A stretch of DNA of 64,000 nt from the human T2T-CHM13v2.0 reference genome, Homo sapiens. Below are positions 27,708-40,447 of the stretch, in pieces. Numbering within the stretch: position 1 is the first letter of the stretch; each line of letters begins with the position of its first letter. Location of the stretch: NCBI RefSeq assembly GCF_009914755.1, contig NC_060926.1; one strand, given 5' to 3'. A model generated the notes under the pieces. It was not told the origin of the DNA, ran no database searches, and worked only from the letters and a program-made list of their open reading frames with translations. The translations under genes were made by a program, and so were the position numbers.

Positions 27708-30700
27708 CACCAAACTTTTATCCAGAGTTTCATCTCTGAGTGGTATTTCTGAATGCTTGGGGCTACATCTCCATCTGCATGTATTATATGCACATCACAT
27801 CTAGTATGTCCAGTGATGTACTAATTTCCCTTCTTCTACCTTATTCTCCTTACTCTCAACCAAATTAACCCCAAATACTCAATCCTTGTAAATTGTCTAT
27901 CATGTAGAATGACACAAATACCTACCCATTGATCTAAAGTAGAAAACAAATCTTAGGGGTCATTCTAGTTCTTCTTCCTCACCCATTTCTAATCTGTCAA
28001 ATCTGACTGTAGCTTCTGTCTCCACTGAGTCTTTATCAACCTACCTCCTTCCCCTACTCATAAGCTTCCTAACTAGTTCTCTTGTCTGAGGACTTCCCAT
28101 GTCCTACTCCTTCAATTATTCAGTTGCTAGTTTTCTGTCTATAAAACACTTTCATTACAAACTGAAGGCTGCTTTCTACTTCCTACTGGCAATAAGACAA
28201 TCCCTTAGAGTAGTGCACTAAGACCTTAGAAACTGGTTCTCACCTACCATTCTGACTTCAATTTATGACAGTTCCCCACTTAGTATAATCAAACATTGCA
28301 TAGAGTTATGCTCATACTTCTGTGCATTCTAGCAATATAGTATGATATGTCATGTTTTCAGTATTATTTGATTCACTTCATTTCTACTGTATTCTTTCCA
28401 GGCCCCTGACTACACTAGTTCAATCACATGTGATGACAGTCTTTGGAGTAGCTATGACCAGAGGAAACATCACTTTCTGCTAGACCTCATGTAGCCATTT
28501 TAAAGATGGTAGGGGAGAGGCATGGCAAGGTGTGGCTGTGGTAAAGGGAAGAGTGCACTAACTCTGATGTAGCATATTATTATGCTGGTGCCCACAGTGC
28601 AGATATGGGTAAAATTTACTATGGATTCTTCACACAATTTATGACAGTTCCTCATTTGTCTTGGTATAATCAAACATTGCATGGGGTTATGCGCATACCC
28701 CTGCACATTCTTCCTGCTTTTGGAATAAGTAACTAGAGCTTTCAAAATTCAGATAATTTTTTTGTCCCTAAATTGCAAATACAATTTCAAAAAGTTTGGA
28801 AAAGAAAAAAAAGCCAGCCATAATGTTGCCACTTTAACAGAACATATTTGTTCATTTCTGTCTTAATAATCCTCTATGGATGTACACATTTGTATAGCAA
28901 ATATAAAATTTTGCATAATTTTCTCATATATTTTATTTGGCTATTCCTTGTCATGTTGCAAAAAAGGAACATCAAAAGTAACAAAATATTATTTTGAGAA
29001 AAGGAGAAAATGGAAGAAGAAGAATAAAACAGGGATGGGGACAAAAAGGATCTATGAATAAGGTTTAAGATGTATACCATGATAACCTACTCATCTCCCA
29101 CAGTTGAGCTCCACATTTGGTTCTCAATTTCTCCAGCAGTCAATGTGAAAACAGAAATTTGTCTGTTATCCAATCCCCAGTATCCATGTGATGTAAAAAA
29201 ATGTTCTGGTAATTTCAATCATTCTTGGAACAAATATTGTCAAAAGAAATTTCTCTTGAGATCCTTCTAAAGAGAATACAGGGTGACATACCATCAACGT
29301 TCAGGTAGGTAGATTCCTTCTCAGAGATAGTACATTCTTATTTCATGTCTTTGCTCATGTTGATAATCAAAACAGGCAAGTGCCATTGCACAAATCACAG
29401 AATGATTTTTGAAAAAGCCATCTTTTTGGAAAACATTTGATATTATTAAGGCATTCATCTCTTAAAGTTACAGTAGTGGCCAAATTGTTATCCTTTAGAT
29501 AAACTTTCTGAATATTGTTTTTCTTTAAGATACAGTTTGAGATGGTTTTAATATTACCTACATGAAATCTTAAAACTCCAGGTTTTATATCTGGCAGTGG
29601 ATGCTTCCTTGGAAGGCCAGAGTTTAGGTTGAGAAGCAAAAATCCTCACTTTCTGATTATGAACATGTTTCCCTTTGAGGAAGTCTTCTGAGAATGTGGC
29701 TGGACAGAGATGTTACAGTCTTGGGCTTTTGTCTCTTGTGGAGAATAGGATGTTATCCTAAGAGAACTAAAACATAAGTTGAATAACATACTCAGGTTCA
29801 TAGAGGTTCTGTCCCCAGTCCTGAGTCTTCTCCAGAAATGTGGCTAGATAGAGCTATAAATTTTGGACCTGAAGTATCAACTTCACTGAGGAATGTTAAC
29901 AATGCATGCTGGTAAGAAACCTGGATACTAAAATCTTTATTTTTCCATTTTCTGAGCTTTTGAGAAGATTTGTTAAGATAAAAGCAGTTTAAAAATATTT
30001 GGCTTTATGTTTTTAGGGCTGTTCAGATACCTTGTTCATATGAAAAGAAAATCCTTCTGACTACAACCTAGATATGATTTATCTTACACATTCATTTTCT
30101 CTGCTGAAATGCATATAACTTTAGATACATGGTGACATTTTAAAGATATTCAAACAACACTGTACATATCTCAAGGCAGATGTAATCATCTGACAGGAAT
30201 GGTGCAGGTCTAGTGTAGTCCTTTCCAGAGATTCCCAGAGGGGAATAGGATGACTACTTGACTATTAAATGCGATATCTCTATATGAAGTGGAAGATTTA
30301 TCAAATAACCAACTTATGAATAAAGGCTCGTGGTATTGCATATTACTGTGTGGAAAATCTGTGGTAAATTTTACCCATATCTCCACTATGGGCACTAGCA
30401 TAATGGGCTACATCAGAGTTAGTTCACTCCTCCCTTAACCACAGCTACACCATGCCACTCCTCACCCCTACCATCTTTAAAATGGCTATGTGAGGTATAG
30501 CAGAAAATGATGTTTCCTCTCGTTTAAACTCTGGTCATAGCTGCTCCAAAGGCCATCCCATGTGACTGAACTAGTGTAGTCAGAGGCCTGGAAAGAGTAC
30601 AGTAGGATGGAATCTTTCAAACGATATTGAAAAGTTGACATATCATACTATACTGCTAGATTGTCTGTAAAATTTATTTCATAATGGCCATAAAATATTT

Positions 30701-31549
30701 TATAGAGCAGCTATATCATAATGTAACTACACCTTCTTTTATTACTTATTATTTTGATTTTCCTACATAAATAAGACATGAATGAATATTTTTACTCACA
30801 GTTTTTTCCTTCTACTCTATGAGGCACACAGTAAAGATTGGAGTATAATTTATGGTAATACAAAAAGTGCGAACTAGCTGTGCCATATTAGGAAGAGGAA
30901 AAGCAAAATAAGAAAGTAACAGGAAAGAAAAAAGAAGAAGGAATGAAGAGGAGGAGGAAGAAGAGGAGGAGGGATGAGATGATCACCCAGAAGGTCTTCC
31001 ATTATAGGATGGAATGGCAGGACAAGCCTGTTTTGGTCATTATGGTAACACAGAGGCTTTACAGTAGCTGGCATATTCAATAAACATTTGTTGAATGAAT
31101 GAGTGAAAAATGAAAAATATAAATGACATATATCCAGTGAGCAGAACTATGTGCATGATGGTATCCCATCAGTTCATAAGCTAGATTTGGACCCATGTGA
31201 GAATGTGTATACTAGGTTCCTAATTTCTTTTAAATTGTCAAGGAGACAGTAGAGACATGTCTGCCTGCGTTTAACCAGAACTTCCCTGATCACAAACCAA
31301 CAGATATTCCTAAGTCTCCTAAAAAACCTTTTGAGTGATTGTTGCAAATATTCTGAGAATATGTGCTTCATATTCTCAGTATAAATGATTTTGGTTTATA
31401 ATATCATTTATTTGTTGATTAATGCTTTTAAAATGTATTGATTTTATCTGCAATGTCTTCACTCATATCAGGTTTCTCTAAAGTATATATATGAGAAATG
31501 TTTATGATATACACTATTATGTTAACGTTAAAGTGTTAACATCCTTATA

Positions 31550-31855
31550 CAGTCATGCATCACTTAGTGACTAGAATATATTCTGAAGATGCATCCTTAG
31601 GCAATTTTGTCTTTGTGTGAAAATCATAGGGGGTTCTTATACATACCTAGATGATACAGTCTATTGCTCTGAGGCTACAAACCTGTACAGTATGTTACTC
31701 TACTGAATACTGTAGGCAATAGTAATACAGAAGCAAGTATCTGTATATGTAAACATTAAAAAGGTACAGTGAAACTTCAGTATTATAATCTTAGGGACCA
31801 CCATTATATATGTGGTCCATCATTGGCCAAAACCTTGTTATGTGGCATATGACCC
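31550..31855. mobile_element. Tigger3a/Golem-like Tc1/mariner MITE
   Basis: Starts ta-cagtcatgcatcactta and ends gttatgtggcatatgac (decayed terminal inverted repeat). Internal gctacaaacctgtacag.atgttact.tactgaatactgtaggcaat matches the recalled Tigger3 consensus. Confidence 0.82.
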
Positions 31856-31884
31856 TAATTGCTGCCCATACCTTCCTGATCAAA

Positions 31885-32400
31885 GTATTGTGTGGTGGAG
31901 TGGGAAGCACACTGAACTGATGATAGGGATTCTTGCTCCTAATTCTCTCACTAACTAGTTGGCTGACCTCAGGCAGGCTACTTAAAGTTTCAAGCTCAGT
32001 TTTCCTTCCCTGTAAAATGGAGTTGTAGGAGGCAATTCCCTCCCCAGGATTCCATTCACTTAAGGGTCACACTGACCCTCTGCCCATCAGCTATAAGTGA
32101 AGAATCCTTTCAGTATGATGAGACTAAGTGACTGCTAATGTTTCTCTAACAGTGGGGCTGAAATACTATGAGACCATCGCATATGGTAGGTAACAGCATG
32201 GGCTTTAGGTGTAGAGTAAGTCCTGGTTCTTCTCTGTCACTTTCTAGTATGTAGCCTGGGGCAAGTATTAACCTTTCAGAGGCTCAGTTTCCCAATCTAT
32301 AAAGTGAGAATAATACAAACACTTACAGTTTTTGTATTAAATGAGACAGTGTAAATCCAGCCCAAAATACTGTGTCTGACACAATAGAAGTGCTCAGTCA
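31885..32400 (+). mobile_element. Two MIR fragments (about 31885-32030 and 32185-32400)
   Basis: MIR cores ctcagttttccttccctgtaaaatgg and ggggcaagtattaacctttcagaggctcagtttcccaatctataaagtgagaataata. Confidence 0.7.
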
Positions 32401-35400
32401 AAAGCATCCATTTTTAACACTGTTATTTCCTTGGCTCCACTGAAATAACTGCTCTTCTAGTAGTACTTCTCCAAACTGATTATCAGTACTATTGTAATTA
32501 TAGTACTTAAAGGATTTTAAGGTGCCAACTTGGGCTGACCTGTTTAAAAATAATTGGAAAGACATGGGCTCGGGGGATCTTTAACAATTAAGCAAAACAA
32601 CCTGTGTGCTGACCTTTACCCTGTGGCTCTTTTATTTAACAACAGTCTATTAATAAACACAGCTTTAGTTCTTTAATACTAATGTAATCCAAGCCAAATA
32701 TGCTACCTAACAGCTGTAATAAACTTTCTTGCCCCAAAGAAATTTTGATGAAAATTTGCCTCACTTTTCAGTTTGTTTTGAAAGATTATGGAGAAGCTCT
32801 TGAGTTCCTATCAATAAATATTAAGTCTCCTTAGTTTTTTATTATATGTAGATTAAATTTAAATAGAAACAAATGAGATAAAGTCGTTCCTAGATTGGTG
32901 AGAGAATTTTTGAAGGCTGTATAAGTTGTTACTTTATAATTTTAAAACAATTACTTAACCATAAAAGGGAAGGAAAAAAAAGTCCCCAAAATGTAGGAAA
33001 CCAGAGTACTTGCTTTGCTGTTAATTATAGCAGGAAATACCTGCGTGTTTATCATGACCCTGTACTTCCATAGTCACATTAACTTTTAAACAGTTTTCAT
33101 TCCCTTTACCAACAATTGTCAGCCTGCCTTGTGGAAACTGATCATTTGCAAGGGAGTTCAAGGAGATTACTTGCTTAATTAAATCAGTAGTAACTGGCTT
33201 CTTCCCACAACTTGGGGATGGACCATTTGTAAACAGGCAACACTACTAAGTGTAGGAACCTCTATAACACCTGTTAATTGGCTCACAATAACCTTCGGGG
33301 TCAACTTATGCTAAAGATTACTTGAGGACTCTCAAATTTTATAGCAAGTGTTCTATGTTACCATTATGTGTTTAAGAATTTCTTCTTAATGATTCCATGT
33401 TTCTTTCCATTCATGAGATGTGAGCCTCAACTGATCTGTAGCAGGTTGTGGAAAAGTAATCACTATATTTCTGCTAGAAAGTTATCCGCAGGATACAGGA
33501 TACGTCATATGTTCCATAGACACATAAGAATCTACATTGATATATAAATCTGTAATATTTGCATGTTAAATATCTAAAATTCAACAAGCCATGGTATAGA
33601 CTTGTTTTAATTATAATAATTCAATTTTTAAAGTTTCTTAAAAAGTAGCTTATTATTTTCAATCTCCATAGCTCTATCTCCTTTAATATTTTATTATTTG
33701 ATTGACTCTCATGAGACTTGTTTTAAAAGCAATTTGAGAGGATTGCATATTGCATTTATATAACATTTTCTAATTGCCTATGGTAACTATTTGTCAAATA
33801 CACATTTAATCAAAAGAATTGGGCTATTAAATGTATATGTTTTATAGCTTCTGAATTAGAGACAAAAAGGGGGACTTAATCTGTTGCTTAGCTATTGTGT
33901 ATCTGCTCATCATCACAGTGTAAAATGAAGTGTCGTTGTTTTGAAGTCCTACCTGCTCAACCTAGTACTTTTTAGTTGGTGATGGGATTTGGTGGAGTTG
34001 AATGTAAAGAACTAGCCAAAACTGGTTTACCAGAATCCTGTCTTGAGTGTGGCAGAAGACCTGTTCTTTCCCCATTTTGTCCACCCTCAAACTTGCCAAG
34101 CCTTGTTCGCTTTGGCTTTATTTTTAAAATGCATTTCTGGTGAGTGAGGAAAGGTTTTGTACTGTGTTTTCAAGTGACTCACCCAAAATAACTCCATTCA
34201 ACTTGTAAACGGTCCTGTTCTGAATGCAGATTGTATTTGTTCTGAGATGGGCATAAAGGAGCTGCAGAAGGGAGATTAGAGAAGGGAAACGTGCTGGGAG
34301 AGGCCGGTGCAGTTTATATTTATTCAGGTTCAGGCACATACCACAATTATTTTTTTTTTCAAAGACTTGTGTGTGTGTGTGTATGCTAAAGAACCGTTAC
34401 AAGGTGTGTACCATTTAAAGCTCTTCAAGGTACAGCAGTATTAGATAGATGTATGGTTCATCTAATCACGAACCTTCCTTTCCTGGTCTTCATAAAATAC
34501 AGAAAGAGAAATTTACATGAAAATATATAATTTCAAATATATGCATAGTGAGCTGTAATTTTTTTAAAGTTCTAAATGGCTCCAAAGAGAAAGTAATCAT
34601 ATACATAAACAAAAGAGCTAGAATATAATCTTAAATATGGAAGAGAAATTAACTATATAATAGGACAGTGCTAACACTGGGAATAATGACATCCTCCTGT
34701 TCGGTTGTGTGTTGCAGAAAAATTCTTAATATCATCTGGCATGGGTATAGACTGTGCATTTCATATGGACAGATATACCTTTTTAAAAGCTTTTATGATT
34801 CAAAATATCAGAGACTTTTAAAAGCAACATTTTAGGGCAGGGCTGAGAAGAAAAAGTAAAAGGATTGATCCAAACTTGAGAATTAGGCTTCATAGATAGA
34901 AAGCCAAAATGTTTGTAATTCATGTGTAACTATGTTCAGTAAAAAGGATTTCAAAACTCCTTTGAGTTGTTTTATGAATTCGTGAAACAGAACAAATAGT
35001 CTATTCTGTTACATAATCTTGCTTCACTTCATTGTTAAGAATAGATGAGCCATTCTTACCTGTTGCTCAGAAACACCAGAGAATTGAGCCACTGAAAAGA
35101 AAACAAACTGGCCACAAGGTTTCACTGAGAAAAGAGTAAATTTAGCATTATGTGGCAAACTGAATAAATTGTGATCTGAGAATGAGTGATAAAACGACAA
35201 GCTTTTAACATGCACAAAATCAGAAAGTATATAAACTGGTAATTTACCCAGACTGTATAAATAATTTGCAAGGCAAAATTCTAGTGGTATTAACACCTGC
35301 TTCTCCTTCTTATCTGTACTTGGGAAAATAAGAGAAATCAAAATAACGGACTATTCTACATATTAATGCTTCCTTATGAGGAAAAGAAACTAATCTAAAA

Positions 35401-36703
35401 ATCCTTGAATTTTTGCTAATATGGAAGAACTCTAAGATCAAAGGTTTATAGGCTTTAAACATGTAATTCTATTGCTTTAACATATATACAATAACCAGAA
35501 ATACTAAAATCAGAAATACTTTAATAATTAATAATGGTCTCAAAAATAGAGGAATATATCAATAACCCAATCTAAGTCAGACTAACCAGCATTCCTCATA
35601 GTTCAATTACATGATTTGTAAATAAATCTCTGAAAATTTTTGAAGTGTTTACTCTTATTTATTAATATTTTTTCTTTTATTCTCTTTTATGCTATTGCAA
35701 ATTATTTCACTGGTATCCCTGGAAATGTTAATGGATACATTGAGGGGCCAAAAAGATTTACTGTTGAAATAAATTTTATAACTATTGGGTTTAAAAAATT
35801 AAAGTTTTAAAAAACAAGTTTTGAAGACGTCTCAAGTCTTTAACATTCATTGTGACTGGGCTGGGGTGGAGGAAGAGGAGGGGGTATAATATGCAGTGTT
35901 TTCCATTCTTATTTTATATAGAATTTTTTTCTCCAGGCAATACTATCAAAATATAAAATGCTACTTTGTTCATTTAACCTGATATTCTACTTAACCTTAT
36001 ACCTCTGAGGCCCCTTTTGTCTTAACAAAAGATGAGAATTTGAAGAAATAACTGCAACTCTACCACTCTCTAATCAGATTCTAAATAATTAAGATTTTGA
36101 TGCACAAAATACAATTTTTGAGCATATAAATATTATTAAAGAAACAATACCATAACTACAACCAAAATGGCTTAGCCTACCCAATAGTAAATCTTGTTTT
36201 GCAATTTTAAATATCTAATTAAACCAAGAACAATGTTTCCCTTATGATTCATGCTTTCCCATATAAAACTGCCTGATTTAACCAAAGTATACGTTTTCTA
36301 TCTTTGCCTGAACTTATGCCAATTTTAAAATACAGCTGCATAAGCATGATGATAGATGCCATTTGCTAATATGAGAATTATTCCCCCATATGAAATTGAT
36401 TTATTTTTTGCTTTCTGCAATATAATCATTCTAATAGCTATACTGAGCACCTACATTATTTCTTGTGAGATTCACATCAATTTGGGAAGGTAGTTATCAT
36501 GATTGCTATTTCAAAGATGAGAAAAGTCATGGCCTTGGGATATTAGCTGTCTTGCCTTATACCATACAGCTAGAAAAAGAGGGAAACATTTCAAACTTCA
36601 GTCTAACACCAAAGACCACGTTGCTTCCACTATGTCATGCTGGATGGAATTATCCACATTTAATATACATTTCTTTCTTTTTCCACCTTGCAAACATCAT
36701 TGA

Positions 36704-37036
<333 letters not shown>

Positions 37037-39853
37037 TAGAGCTTCGCAATGTATATTTGCAGTTGGTGTACAAGATAGTACTTGTTTGGGAGAAAATCCT
37101 CGAAGAAGCAAACATGCAGACTTTCTTCATGTGTAGTATTCATTATCGAATAAATGAAATACCTTGGGCATTTTAAAACATCTGTAAAAGTTGAGAATAC
37201 AATGAAAAAACCTTACTTTTCAAGGCAATAGCATACTACTTCAAGGATTTCCTTCTCTATTACTTCTATACCCTCAACATATTTCATTAAAAAATGCCAT
37301 GTAGAAGAAAGCACACATTTGTGCTACCGGAAACTGAATAATGTATATATTCTACTTTGTTACCTGCTGGTAATTTTTCCCCCTTATTACTTGACTCTGG
37401 TTGTTTGATTTTTTTTTAAACTATGGTTAATTATTGCCTTTCACAAGAATTCTTTGTTGTTGTCATCTGAAAGTGTATTTAAACAACTGCAAACCTAAAT
37501 AAAATATAAGCATTATAGAAATAACATGAAGCAAATTTTAAAATAATCAATTTAGGTGTCTCTTTGAAGAACACAGAAAACAGAAACTACCTCAAGAAGA
37601 CCCATTATCCCTTGTGGGATCAGCATTTAAAAGTGTAAGGGGTGCAAGAATACTGAAGAATGTTCTATCATCTCTCACAATTTACAATCTGGCTAGTAAG
37701 CCAAACATACCTTCCAGGGCCAGTCATATTATTTACTCTACAATCCAGTCCCCAAATAAATGACATAGACATGCTGTTGTATATCAGATCCCTGTGGGAG
37801 GGGTGTGATCAGGAGTGGTGGAATGGTGGAGTCAAAAAGTTCTGGCTTAGCTAGATTTTGAAAGTCATGAAGGTAGTGGACAGAAAGAACAGGAATGAAT
37901 TAATTAGCAAAGACAGAGTAGGCAACAGCACTTAGATATGATAGAATTGAAGCTGGGAGCAGCAGAGGAACAGGGTGGATACGTAAGAACCCTGGATAAA
38001 ACTTTGAAGGCAGCATATTTTGTGGCACTTGACCAGCCCTTTCAATGCTTCTTCTTAGGTACCTTCTTTATTCATTCTCTTTTTCATCTTCCACACAGGC
38101 AGCGAGACTCTGACCTATTTTGGAGAGCCATTAAACTGTTAGCTGCATCCTACTACAGGACCCTTGAAGGCTGAGAAAGTCTTATAGGTTCAAAGAAAAG
38201 ATTTTCTAGTAGTGAAATTTCAAGCCATAGAGATATTAATATCACTGTTCTAACTCCCCTGACATTTGGCAGTACATAGATGAGACTCAGGAGAATATTA
38301 TGATGGTTCTGGAAAGCTAGTCTGGATTTTGGATTTGATCTTGGGGATATTAGTAAACCATTAGAAGATGTCTTGGAATTGTAAATCTAGAGCAATGCGC
38401 TAGAAAGGAGATAGGAAAGAATGAAGGCAGGAAAATCAGTGTGCTATTTTAGTAGTCTATGACTTATGTGTAAATGCCTGGACAAAAACTAGGCACTATT
38501 TCATCTCCAGAGCATTCTTCATTCCAAATTCTCCAAAAGTTATGGTTTCCTGTAGCTATCAATGACAATGCACTTAATTACCTTGTAATTCGAATGCTTC
38601 CATTAGGAATTTTACTATGCTCTGGATTTTAATTTCAAATGAAAAATAATTCCTTCCTTAAAATATTTTGTCTACGCAAAATATTCTTTTCAATCACGTT
38701 AAGATTTTAAAAAGTGTTCTAACTTGTTCTTCAGAGCATAGCCAAGTACAATAAAATATTGGAAGCCTTACTTATATGTATAGTTCAGATGTAACATTTA
38801 GGGGAACAATGCTGCTTGATAGGTCTGTCACATTGTGTCTGGTTTTGGATAGAATTTGAGTATTTTTGCTAATGAGAATTTAAACATAACAAAACGGAAT
38901 GCCAAAGCTGGCTTTAAAAAGTTTTGAACCCTGACATCATTTGTTTCTTGTATCATGCTGTCTCACCAAAATCCAAGCAACTATCTCCACATTGTCCCAA
39001 TTGTTTCCTCTATTCTCCCTCACCAAAGTCCAACTTCAATGTGAAATTTCCAGATTAAATATCCTTTCACAATTCATTTTCATTCATAACATAAACACGA
39101 TAAATAACTTTAAGTATGAAAGTAGCACTCCAGGAAGCTTAGTCTTTTGCAGTTTTTACATTTTGGCAACACCAATCAAGCACCTCTTTCCGTCCTTACC
39201 CCAATTCCTTGGACACTAAAGAGTCTATATTCAGGCGACTCTTTCAAGTGTATGTTTCAGGGTGCCCAAGCAGACACTTGTTTTCTCGCGGGGGATGTTT
39301 TGTGAGACTTGGCCTCCCCACTTACGTTCTATTTTTAGGTGAGGGAGGAGGAGGAGGAGAGGAGGAAAGATTATTAACAAACTAATCTTGCCCATTCCGC
39401 GGGCAGTAGTCGGGGGCTGGCCTGCTCCGCGTCGCGCCGGGCGCGCCCCGCCCTACCGCGCCCCGCGCGGCCCCGGCCGGAAGGGGGCGTGGGCCGCCGC
39501 CGAGGGAAGGCGCGCAGACGCGCAGCGGCCGGCCTGCTCCGGGCGCGTCAGGCAGGGGGTGGGGAGCAGGGGCCGGGCGGGCGCTCGGCTCCCAGCCGCG
39601 CTCCCTCGGGCCACTAGCGCTCCCGCGCCGCGCCCGGCCGCCTTCATGTGAAGCGCCGGCCCTCCGCCCCTTCCCTCCCCTTCCTTCCCTCCCTCCCTCC
39701 CTGTCCCCTCCTCCTCCTCCTCCTCCTCCGGCGCCCGCTTCAGCTCCCCGGGGCCCCCTGCCCGGCCGGGCGCTGACAGCAAGGGCGGGGGTCCCTGCCG
39801 CCGCCTTGTCTCGCGCAGGGTCCGGCTGGGGTAGCGGAGCCCCCAGTGCGGCC

Positions 39854-40064
39854 ATGGACCGGCCCCTGTCGTCGTCGGCGGAGGCGGAGGAGGAACTGGA
39901 GTGGCAAGTGGCGAGTCGCAGGAGGAAGGCCTGGGCCAAGTGCCGCAGCTCCTGGCAAGCGTCGGAGACGGAGGATCTGTCCACAGAAGCGACGACGCAG
40001 GACGAGGAGGAGGACGAGGAGGAGGACCTCCCCGGCGCGCAGCTGCCGGCAGCGGGGGGAAGAG
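39854..40064 (+). CDS. ITPRID2: ITPRID2 (SSFA2/KRAP) coding exon 1: [27 protein letters not shown]...LPAAGGR
   Basis: Strong Kozak gccATGg. Recognised SSFA2/KRAP N-terminus. Donor AG|gtcggt. 211 nt, ends in phase 1. Confidence 0.93.
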
Positions 40065-40401
40065 GTCGGTGCTCCCGGCCGGGCTCCGGGGGGAGGCTGG
40101 TGGGCTGGGGAGAGTCTCGTGCGCCCTGGGCGCCTGCCACGAGTTCTGGGAGAGCCTCGGGCACGGTAGGCCGAGGGGAGAGGGGACACTTCCGACCTTC
40201 AAACGCGCGCGCTGAACGAGGCGCCCCCAGCGTCAACACAGACAACTGGGTGCCATCCGATTTCCCTGCCAAGGGACACTGAGACGTGTCGCTTAGGCTG
40301 CATTTGCCGTGGTAGATTTTCCTACTTGGGAGGGTCCAGGGTGACTCCGCCGTCGTAGTGCTCCTGGGTGGTAACGTGCTGTCCCCTCTCTCTACCCCCA
40401 G

Positions 40402-40447
40402 GAAACGTGCCCAACGAGAAGATCGCGATATGGCTCAAGGACTGCCG
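40402..40447 (+). CDS. ITPRID2: ITPRID2 coding exon 2: (G)NVPNEKIAIWLKDC(R)
   Basis: Acceptor ctctctctacccccag, donor CG|gtgagt. 46 nt, phase 1 to 2. Confidence 0.92.

Noticed and set aside
39382-40272. Long minus-strand ORFs (296, 249 and 149 aa) and alternative-frame plus-strand ORFs over the CpG island
   Set aside because: Stop codons are rare in very GC-rich DNA. The products are low-complexity Ala/Gly/Pro/Arg sequences with no recognisable domain, and they overlap the true exon 1.
40065-40282. Read-through of exon 1 into intron 1 (158-aa ORF); similar read-throughs at exons 7 and 8
   Set aside because: Canonical splice donors explain the coding frame, and the extensions are intronic run-on.
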